From Klebsormidium nitens (lineage: Eukaryota > Plantae > Klebsormidiophyceae), in assembly GCA_000708835.1 (NCBI GenBank), contig DF237189.1:62001-126000 (forward strand): DNA of 64,000 nucleotides. The letters run 5' to 3'. Under the pieces are notes generated by a model, which was not told where the DNA came from, did no database searches, and saw only the letters and a program-made list of their open reading frames with translations. How positions within the stretch are numbered: the first letter of the stretch is position 1; each line of letters starts with the position of its first letter. Position numbers and translations under genes: made by a program. Shown piece by piece: positions 53,797-64,000 of this stretch.

Positions 53797-54525
53797 GGGA
53801 CCCTTCAATAGTGCTCCCTGGGCTGCTTGGAAGCGCACCTTGTAGTAGAAAGCAGGATGCTTCGCATTTCTGCCGCCCCAAAACACGAGGCACATGGCCC
53901 GCATCAATCGAGTTTGATACAGCTTCAGCCCATGTTTTCCCGATCACGTGTGTCGTGCATTCGTCGACTCAGGCTACACGGAACCCGTAAACGTTACTGG
54001 CGATTGCACGCGGCGACTGGGGGCAAGTCTTCAAGCCAGGATTTCCGGAAACGTTTTGGCGTTCGGACTCAAAACCCAATTTGGCATGTCGACTCAGGAA
54101 GTGAAGTCGCCAGGGGGATCCCGCGAGATCACTGGCAACACGTGGCAGGATTCACGCCTGGCAGCCTGAGCTAGTAATGCAAAGATGCTTCGCGAGCCAG
54201 TTCATTTGTGTTCCAACATTGGGATCTGCTGACAGCTCTACTTACATGTGTGGACGGGACGTCTGCACCGTCAAGGCCTGCGCACATCATGTTGGCTCCG
54301 CCAAACAGTTACAGCTTGCTTTAACGATACAATGCATACCCTCAAGCCATTTGCAATACATGGGACTTGATGATGTGCCAACTCCTGCTAGCGCAGCATG
54401 GCCGGACAGCCGCGACATAGATTGATCAGCCCAAAGTAGCAATGTTCTCTGATCAAAAATAAGGCCTAGAACGAGTAAAGACGTATCAGCATGTAGCTGA
54501 ATTTCCTAGCAACGGCGCCGCCATA

Positions 54526-57500
54526 TCATCCGACGCCGGGCTCCTTGTCCTTCTTGTCTATCAAATCGTTCACTGCGAACATGTAGAGCTCTTTATGAAG
54601 TGCCTGCCACTCGGCGGCCTTCCTATTGCTCTCCTCGACCTGAGAGAGGAGCCGGCTGCGCTCTTCATGTGCCGTCACGAGAGCCTGGTTTTGCTGCACA
54701 CGGGGAGGAGATGCGCGTCAGCTTGATGCTCTTCATTGCATATGGGCTGTGCGTGCATAGAACCCACGAAGTGGACTAAAATGCTCAAAGAGAGCGAAAA
54801 GGTTGCATCAGTGAGACTTGGTGCAAAAGACGGCTGTTTCTCGTGTGCCCCAGCGAGCTACCGCAAGAAATGAAAGACCCATCCCGGAAACAGTTTGTGC
54901 AGTTGAGCAACGCAAAAACCAATGCCGCCGTCATCTCTTCGATCTGCCGGCATCGCTCTCAGTCGCACACTCAGCTGCACAAACACGGATTTGCACCCCC
55001 ATCTATATCATCCTACCAAACAGCCTTTTTGCCATTGCAGGACCACGATCAGGATCCGAGCCCGCGAACACCATCCCTACCTGCATACTGGCCGCCAGGC
55101 GGGCTAGCGCTCGAGTCCCGTAGCTCCCAGCCTCCGGTCGGGGTTCCGAACCGGGCAGGATGACCAGCGGGCCTTCCCACGGCGAATCGCCCGGGGTGGT
55201 CTGATCAGCCCCGGGGTACTTTCGGAGCGCGGCAAAGGGGTGCAGGGGCCGCTTCCGGTTGTCGGCCGAGAAGAGGTTTGGGGGCTTGAGCAGAACGAGC
55301 ACGTTCGTCACCGGGCCTGCACGAGTTTGATGCGATTGCTCAGTCTTCAATCTGGCGTAGAGATTTGTTGAGACTGCCTAGACGAAGCGGGTCTGTTGGC
55401 GAGATACTTATTAAATGCACCACCTTGGTTGTATTGTAATAAGTCCGTGCAACGGTCAAGGCTACACGGATTCGCGAGCAGGAGCACAAGGAACAGAGGA
55501 CCGGAACGGACGTGTTCACATTGCAGAGCACTTCAACAACACCTTGTCGCGTCAAATCCCACATAGATGTTTCTCCTGAAAGGCAGGCACTTCCAAGCAG
55601 ACGCCACCAGAATACTTTTAGCAGCGGGCGCTCCGGCAAAGACGTCTCCACAACGTCTCTTTTGAGCAGAATACGCGCCAACCAGCAGGGAGAACATTGC
55701 AGAGTATGAACGAAAGAGTCAGTGGTGTGAAAATCGGCACGCACCTTTGCCGTGCTGCAGCGTCCGCAGCTGCTGGCGCCCATTCACATCCCACGCCCGC
55801 GCGGTCCCGTCCTCGGACCCGGACACCAGCGTCGCGCCGTCCGACGACACCGCGAGTGACGTCACCGCCAAGGAGTGCCCCATCAGCACGCCGTCGGCCC
55901 CGGTTTCGTCGTCGAACGAGCCGCTGCCTTGCAACGAGAGCGCGAAGATTCGACCGTCGCTGCCGCCGGCGTAGAGGAAGTACTCGGCGGAATCCGCGGT
56001 GATGGAGTAGAGGGCGGTCGGGAAGACGACGGAACGGAGGAGGGAACCGAGAGCGACGCTCCAGATCTGGAAAAGCGTGAGCGTTATATTGAAGCACGTT
56101 CAACCAATCTGGCCACTTGCCCCGAATCTGTGAAACCGATGATCCATTAAATAACCCAGGTGCTTCAATCAAATGACGGCCCAATCTTATGAATGAAACT
56201 GGCGGTCGATCTGAAAGACAGTGTAGTATGAGCCGCGAGGTTTATGGCGGATCGTAAGCAAGGGTGTACAGAGAAGTCACAGCAACTGATTAAAGACAGT
56301 CTTTCTTTGCTTGCTGGCATTGAGGATGGACGCACGGAAACGCGACACGGATTGTTTCGAAAAGCAGCGACAGGAACGGCTATGCAGCAATCGGAAAATG
56401 TTCTCAAACCGGGCAGAATCAGATCCTAAACCAGGAATCAGATCTACTCAATCTTGCTGTGCTTAGCGAGGAGAAAACTTCTCTGAGCAACACCTGCAGT
56501 CCACAAGGATGGCGGCAAACAATCTAGCCCTTTGGCGTAGATACAATACATAGAGTTGTTTACCAGTTGCCAACAACGAAGCAGTGTCACAACAGAATAC
56601 CTTGCCTTCAGAGACGAGTCTGATAGCGACCTACCGGTGGAAGGCTCAATCGACTGACTCTCTTCGAACAGCAGAACACTGCCGAAAAGCAAAAGAAACG
56701 ACGATGAAGCACCCGGGTAAACGAACCCAGCAGTATGCAAACTCAACGACAATTCGGTAGCGCAGTGGGTTGGTTCTGACGAGGGTAAGCGTTCCAGCAC
56801 TTTGAAGGAGGGTGACGTGAGCTGGCGGATGCTTGAGCCCAGCACAGAAGGCGAAATAGCACCCAAGTCTTTCAAAACGAGACCGGCTCGAAACGACAGC
56901 CATCTCAAAAAGAAGCTCGCTAAATCTATCATGAGATTGTCGAAGAGGGCATGTGCTCCCACAAGGCTCTGGCAACAAGAATGTTCAAGCGATCCTCGCC
57001 TGCCTTTGATCTTGATGTCAGGTGATCCTGCGGGGCAAGCAACATAGCTAAACCCGGATGAGGAAGTGGACGGTGCACACGCATTCGCCCAAGCTTTTCG
57101 TAGAGGCCATAGGCGTTGATAAAGCGGAGCCATCCTCACCTTGACTGTGTGATCCAGGGACGACGAAAGCAGGACCGCGGAAGCGCCCCCCGCTCCAGTC
57201 CACAGCCCGGTTACCGGCAGCGTGTGCTCTGACCAGCTGTACAGTGGCCGCTGGGAAGCGTCACCGCTGAGGTCAGCACCGCTCAGGACTCTGCGAAGAA
57301 GCGGAAGAGTGTTTAAGCGGCCTGATCGTAAGTGTGAGTCGCAATCTGTCTATCTGGACATGGGTAGCCCAGCAAAATGTAGGCGACTCCCCATATTACC
57401 TAAATTTGTGCAATCACCGAAAGCATCCGTGGAACTGCGCAGACCAGTGTAGGTAACACATTCTTGCTCTCAACGACTATCACTGGAGTGGGCCTAGTCT

Positions 57501-59071
57501 CTGGCTCCAGGAACTGAATCCGTGAACCTGCGCAGAGCAATTTAAGTGGCACAGTTTCGCTTCAGAAGACCACGATTGGAATAGGCTCCTGCTCAAACCC
57601 CAGTAAATTCCTCACATGCAGGTTTTCAGAACAGGGATCGTTACTTACTTCACCAGCGGCCAAACGCTGACGATCCCATCCTCGCCCCCCGAGAACAGCA
57701 GCGAGCCATCATCCGAGAAGGTGAGGCACGTGACCGTTTTGTAGTGGCCCGGCCATGACCGCAGCAACTTCCCCGTTGATACTTCCCACAGATACAGCCT
57801 GCCGGAGGCGCCCCCCCCCGCGATGAGATTTCCATCCGGGGAGCTGGCGAGGGGCGTGATCTGCTCTACCGGATAACTCTTGTGCTCGATGCCATTCTGC
57901 AAGAGAGGGAGCAAGGAGGATGCTGTGATGAGATGGCAAATTTGCGACTATCGGGTCGAAATGCTTGTGCGAATCAGGGACTGGACTGGCATTGAGTATG
58001 CTGTTCAACGGGCAGATGTAAATTTCATTGTACCACTATCCAACGGCAATTGTCCCGCTTGGAGGGAACCTTCGATCCGTCCAGTGTGAGGGGACCACAA
58101 CCTTGTCAAAGTGATGTGGTGGTCTGAGCGCCTCTCAAAATTTCTTGAAGAGGTAGGCTCCCCAACAGAATGCTGTAACCTCAAAAAAAAGTTTCCAATA
58201 GACAGTGTGGCAACAAGCCAGGCAAGACTACTCAGAACTTTTTCTGTGAGGGAATGCTCAAGGAGTAAGCTTCAAGGTTTTCGCAATGTTGGAATTGGTC
58301 CGGAAATTGGGGCCCATAATAGAAGGCTATCTGCCTTTCCAGAGAGCTGCATAGATGATCTGTTACTAAGCTTCCTGGATGACTCCATCATATCTGGAAT
58401 GATAGCCCCAAAGCCCTTACAGAAGAGCCCCACCTTTTGCCAGGTCCAGGAGAAGATAGCCCCCCCTTTCTGCAATTGGCTGGCGGCAAAGTGATCGTCC
58501 CCAACAAGAGTCAACCCGCCTCTGCACAAACCCAGAACTTTATTCAGCAGGGGACCTTGACTGTTTCAGCGCCAAAAGTCCAGTTTGAACCGTCATGTCT
58601 CCAAACATAGATACGAGAACGGTGAGCTTGCAAATCGTGCCCGCAAAGACTGAGCCCAAAAGAAACTAATGCCCACAGGACATTCCACCGTGTTTCAAGG
58701 GGCATTGCTCTTCAGGTGAACAAGGCATGTTTTTGGCCATCTTTGCTTCGACCACCACTCCCATCACAGCCCTCTGCATCCGACAAGCCCATGCTGAAAC
58801 CTGCCGCTTCAGATAATGATTCTAAGTGTCCACTTCTTACAGGCGCCGGCACTGCCAGTCCAAAGCCATTGCTAGCTGGACAAGTGCCAAACAATGCACC
58901 ACCACAGGGCATAGATCTGGACAGCAGCTGAGAGCTTTCTGAAAGTTCATCAACTCACCTTCCACTTGATGAGGTTTTGAATGAACCAAGTTCCGTTCCC
59001 AGATTCAGGTCCCAAACGCTGATGTTTGATTCAACAGCTGAGGCGATCAGGACTATATCGGAAGCTGCCAT
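54526..59071 (-). CDS. RID3: WD40 protein RID3/WDR18/Ipi3 (pre-rRNA processing, Rix1 complex)
   Basis: 'MAASDIVLIASAVESNISVWDLNLGTELGSFK', 'FAASQLQKGGAIFSWTWQK', 'GGGASGRLYLWEVSTGKLLRSWPGHYKTVTCLTFSDDGSLLFSGGEDG', 'WSEHTLPVTGL', 'GHSLAVTSLAVSSDGATLVSGSEDG', then a C-terminal coiled-coil exon ending at the TGA at 54526-54528. Confidence 0.9.
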
Positions 59072-60647
59072 CAGAGTGCTATGGCAAACAGAGTGGCGTG
59101 GAATGCTTGAAGAAAGGAATTGGATTGTTACATTAGCATCATCGAGAAAACCCAGCTCCCAATCTACATTGGGCAAGACTTCAGCGGGTCAGAAAAGGAT
59201 TGCTCGTCTGAATGCAATTGCTCAGCAGCTACACAGTGCTAGTGCTGCTAACAAACTTTTGGGCGGAGAGCAATTCACTGTCCTGCACAGAAACTATTGA
59301 ACAACGAAATCATCGATGACATTGATGAATGCAGGCTCCAGCATTGAATGCGGAGGGTGAAAGGCTTTCGAGTCGAGGCTTGATGTCAGACTGGAATCAT
59401 GAATTAAACATGAACACCAGTTTTACGGCGGAGCTAATAGTAACGGTTGACCATCTCCATAGCTCTAGTCGACGATAGCCTCCCAAGCTCGTAAATCTTT
59501 GCCCTGCCAACTAACCATCTGATGAACGGCATAAAATGGAGCAACCACAAAGCGCCACGTGTCCCCCCCTTGCGGCAAGACCCGCGCGCCAAGGTCGCCC
59601 CCGAGAGCCTGACTCGATCTTAAGGTGATCGAGTCAGTCTCATCAGATGGTTTATCGCTAACATAGAGCAGTTGATTTGGCGTCCGAAATGAAGCATTGA
59701 CGTCCGAGCGCGAGCAGCGCGCGCATCCTTCACTAAGTCACGGTCACTCCGACGTCATACAAGGGCCAACTGGCACAGCTGGCAATGAGTCAGAGGCATT
59801 GACGCACCTTGGCCGTCCGATCGTGTCACTTGGAAAACATTTGGACACGTCACCGTCGTTAAACCTTCAGGAACTTGCAGAATACAAAAAAAGGCGTCGC
59901 GGCCGCGCGCGAGAATCGATTCAATTTTAAAATCGCGCGACACCGGCCGATGCCGGCGCCTTTATTGCTAGCCCCACTGCGGGTGATGACAAAAGACAGC
60001 TTCGGGGTGACCGCGCCAAGCATTTAGCACCGAATGCTGGTGCAGCCCGAATGGCTGGAACCCTCTTTTCGACGAGCTTTTCAACCGGTTGGCTGTCCTT
60101 AGTTTTTAGGTACCTACAGTAGGTATTGTTTGGGAGCCAGCAGGTTCGATTCGAATATTCCACGCTGCTGCTGACTGTATATCCGGCTGGATGTGCTGGG
60201 ATTTCAACAGCTAGCAGACTTTCTCATGCCTTGTCGAAGACTCGGGGTATACCGGCCATACCATGCAAAATGCTGAATTAAACTTTGTAGTATACGGCGC
60301 TGCTGACGTCCGAGTCCCAGGCCTGGAGCATTTGGACACCTCGGACAGCTAACTCGGTAGTGCCCCCGGTTGGCGTCTACATCCCTGTTCCTTAGGGAGA
60401 AGCCTTTCGACCGGCCAGCCTAATCGCCCCCCTTTTGGGCCAGGGGGGGGTTCTGAGACCGTCTGACATGGCGCTCTCGCAGTGGCCCAAACTTCATGCC
60501 ACACACCCCTTAGCCCACCGACCTTCACTTGGTTTGTGTGTGTATTTTGTCGGTGTGAATGTCAGTCTCTCTCTTTGGAGGGTCGCAGTCTTCTGCTGTT
60601 ACCTCACAGGCGGACAATCCCTGGAACTTGGTCACGAGCAGGAAGTC

Positions 60648-63373
60648 ATGGCTGCAAGCAGAGTCTCTAAGGCTTTGCTTGACCGGCAGCTCAGCTCCTT
60701 GATCTTGTCAGGCAGCTCAGCCATTCGGTATGGTTCCCTTCAGAAGTCCAGCTCGGTTTTCAGAAGCCTGCCAGCCGCTCGCAGATTGCCAGCCGTGCAA
60801 TGTAAGCGTTCGTCCTTTGAAGATCAAGTACAGACGTTCATTACGGACAGCAACAATTTCCAAAAGAGTGTGGAGGAATCATTTGCGCAAGTTAAGGGTG
60901 ATTTGCAGAATGTTGCAGAGCTGCAGGGCCTGATGGTTGAGAAGCAGACCCGCAATGCTGTGGAGAGCGAAGAGGGGAGGGGCTTTGCAGTCCCGTTGTC
61001 TTTGAAATCTGTCGACGATTATGCAGAATATTTCAGCCAAGTGAATCAGGACGGCGATGGACAGTCCCTGCGAAAGACAAAGGAGGATGCAAGGAGGAAT
61101 TTAACAGATTCCCTTCTGGAGCAGGTCAGTTCACATGCACACACCGTTTCCAGCTTGCTTGCTTGGCTCAAGCACTTTGCCGGACTTGCCGATGTATCTA
61201 ATCATTCAATATCAAAGCTTCGTCACACTTTTTATAGATTGCTGACTGAGATAGTGACCTTCTTCTGCAGTTGGTTCACATACTTCACCTCAATTGCAGA
61301 AGCTATTCTTAGGAGAATCGTGTCCCTAGCTGTAGGACTATGTGAAGCTCTGGGTTGAGGTATTGCTGTGGTTGTTCAGGATTAGCTGGTGGCATTCTGA
61401 AGTTGCCTGCCTTTGGAGCTTATCTTGTCCTTCTGTGATCTCTTGGCAGCACAAGGGTATTTACGCCTTCCTCAACTGCTTCATCAGCCGACTGGAGGCT
61501 CAGTTTGAGGGTGAAACTATTCTGATACGCTCTGCAACGGTGCGGAGGCTGGCGGCTGACCTTGTGACTGCTGGGAACGACCTTGAATCATCAGTCCAGC
61601 TGCGCCAGGTATGTCAGTAACGAAATCTCTTGTGGCCTGCTGCATAGGCAACTTGTAAAAGGCTCGTAAGGTCCTTCTTTAGATGGGGCTCCTTCTTAAC
61701 CAACAGCATGGAAAGCTTAAAAAGATGTGGACAAGATGATTACGAGAGGGCTCGCCCAAAAGCCTGGAATTGTGAAGGCCTCATACTTCATTCATTCTGA
61801 AAGGGGCCTTGGCAGGCCGGCCTTCTTCAGGTTCTCCTTCTTTAGTGCATGTGATAATTCCCATTCAAATACTTCCCTCTGACAGTAGGCACAGGCTTGC
61901 TGCTTAAGAGGGGTCGCTCATGCAGCACTAGAGCTCTCCAGAGATGCCACCTGAATGTGGAAAGGAGTGGTTGAAATGAACCATTCCATGATTGGACAGG
62001 CGCTTCAAGATCTGCGCCGCTTTGTCATGACGCCGCGAAGCAAGTTGGTGGATCAAGAAGAGGTTGCGGAAGCTGACAAAGAGGGAAAGAGAGTGAAGAA
62101 AGACGATTGTGCAGCGCAAGAGCCCGCGACATGGTAGGTCTGCAATCTCTCTTTATCTTATGCGGCTGCGGAAGTAAGGGGTTGCCAATGCATCCTGACA
62201 TACTCGAAATCATGAGTCAATGCCGATACACTGTTCTGTTGTCGGAATGTGTCATGTTCTTCTAGAAAAGTTCAAAGTCACACAGCTTCTTGTAAGCCAA
62301 CTTGACAAAGAGGCAGGTCAGCATGTTGCCCTCGCACAGCGCTTTGCTGTTAAGGATTCTTGAAGAGAAGAATTATGTCAAGGATCTGCCCGGGCATGTC
62401 TTCTTGGACATACCAATGAAGATGTGTGCAAGTTCAACTGGAGAATTGCCTGATGTCGATTTCAGCAAGCGCGCTTCAACCATTGATCGATCTGGACAAG
62501 CTCGTTAACTCTCTTTTTATATCAATCACTTCAGGAGAGCTAACTTGGTGAAGAAACGGCATCAAACATATAGAGCTTCTTGGATCTGACAAACTTGGAT
62601 CTGACAAACAGATGTGTGGATCTGACACAGTGTAGTGTGTTGCATTACTCGAAGAGCACTGAAAGGGTTGTCACTGGCTCATGATCAGATAGGAAAGGAG
62701 CACCAAATGCTTTCTGGTGAAAAGCGTTCCAGTCGTTTTTTGCAGGTTCCTTCCTTTCTTCCAGCTTGCAGACGAGTACCTCAAATGCGCTGTGACGTCA
62801 GCTGAGATGAACACACGCTTGCCGCTGGAGGACCATCTTCGCGGACCTCAGAGCTGCGCGACCGCCATGCTGGCAGCAACAGCAAGTTCTGAGCTGAGGG
62901 AGCTGCTCCAGATTGACGGAGGAGGGCGTGTGCGATCCACCGGGACAGCAACGATGATTGAACAAGTCGAAGTGAAAAGTAGGCCATCGAGTAAGTTGAA
63001 GCAATGCTGTTTTTGGAAGGGGCAGGCTTGTTTGAGACACTGCACCTTGTTAAGGTTGGTTCTTGAGTTCCACATCTGCAGCTTCATAGTCTGAAGCCAT
63101 ATCGATTGTGTTTCATGCAGTGTTGTGAGTCCATGTGTGTGCTTAGAGAGTTTTTATTGCCTATATGCAGGTATTAGCAAAGCGCGAAAGCAATTGGAGG
63201 TAAATCTGAGGGTAACGGAATTGGCGTTCAAGAGGGCGTTCCCAGCTAAGAAGCAGGGGCAGATAGAACTAGTCGGCTATATCTATGTCGTAGGTACAGA
63301 AGCTGCACAGAGGTTCATGGGTTCCCAGATTCTGAAAGGTGGTAACCTAACCACCTGTGTCCGTATACGGTAG
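60648..63373 (+). CDS. Unknown protein with transit-like N-terminus, coiled coil and a putative PD-(D/E)xK-like C-terminal domain (possible frameshift)
   Basis: Exons 60648-61124, 61450-61608, ~61933-62133, ~62340-62421, ~62746-62980, ~63171-63373. C-terminal 'LQIDGGGRV...IEQVEVKS...GISKARKQL'. The third exon appears to need a frame change near 61977. Confidence 0.55.
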
Positions 63374-64000
63374 CTTTTGTCGAAACCCATGCAAAATGTC
63401 CCGAGCTGCCAGCAGCCTCCTTTGAGCGGTCTTAGAACAAGTTCAACATTTATGACGTTCCTGTCCAGCTGTTTTATGCAATTGTCCTGCTGCAGGCGCC
63501 TGATATTCTCTTGCTCCGTTGTTGAGCAACCTGTCTCAGCTGCATTGTTGCTCTGCCTTCACTCTAGAGATGCGTCAGGTCACTAATTCTGGTATTAGGT
63601 TGAGTTGAATCTTGGTGTACATAGCATTACGCAGCTGCTGACTCAGTAATCCTGGCATCCGACATTAGAGGTTGCCGAGTGGCACACCAAGTACTGGTTC
63701 CGTTCAATACATCTTGATCTATTGCATTAAGCAACCAGTCCACCGCATTTTGACCTCCTTGCACTACCCGGCCAGGCTTGCACTACGCCGTAGCTAGCCT
63801 AGTGCGGCCATAGGCTATTATGGCAATCAAATGTTCGTTAGTGTCCGATCATATATCGACATCATCCTACACTACATAATTCACAACGTCCTAAAAGTTC
63901 ACAAAGGCCTCTTATACTCTTTTAAGGATGGAACCGAGTTCAACTATCCTATGCGCCTGATTGAGCTTGAACGTCAGTAGTATAGGCTTCAATGACGAAT

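Noticed and set aside
56444-57139. 231-aa minus-strand ORF
   Set aside because: Lies within a RID3 intron (after donor AAG|GTGAGG ~57138) and shows no protein-like motifs.
62579-62628. 15-bp tandem ttggatctgacaaac
   Set aside because: Only 2-3 copies in an intron; ordinary slippage duplication.

Overview
Eukaryotic nuclear DNA with GT-AG introns and plant-type genes. Gene content and intron style suggest a streptophyte green alga such as Klebsormidium (inference). Exon models below were assembled by hand from splice signals. Genes found: plastid ribosomal protein L15, ACD11/GLTP-like lipid-transfer protein, ankyrin-BTB protein, an 11-finger C2H2 protein with a probable C-terminal RING, an unknown organelle-targeted protein, a GNAT acetyltransferase, a GT25-like glycosyltransferase, an intronless SUMO-like gene, a divergent H3-H4 pair, CSA/ERCC8, RID3/WDR18, and a putative PD-(D/E)xK-like protein. 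Also present: a TA-flanked MITE, a decayed Ty3/gypsy-like relic, minisatellites and one assembly gap. Three observations stand out. (1) Both intron-containing histone genes end in an identical 16-nt stem-loop of the replication-dependent type, which land plants lack. (2) Both histones lack internal Met and Cys (H3 C110A and M120F, H4 M84F). (3) Several introns carry tandem decoy copies of the neighbouring exon boundary, with about 11 in ACD11.
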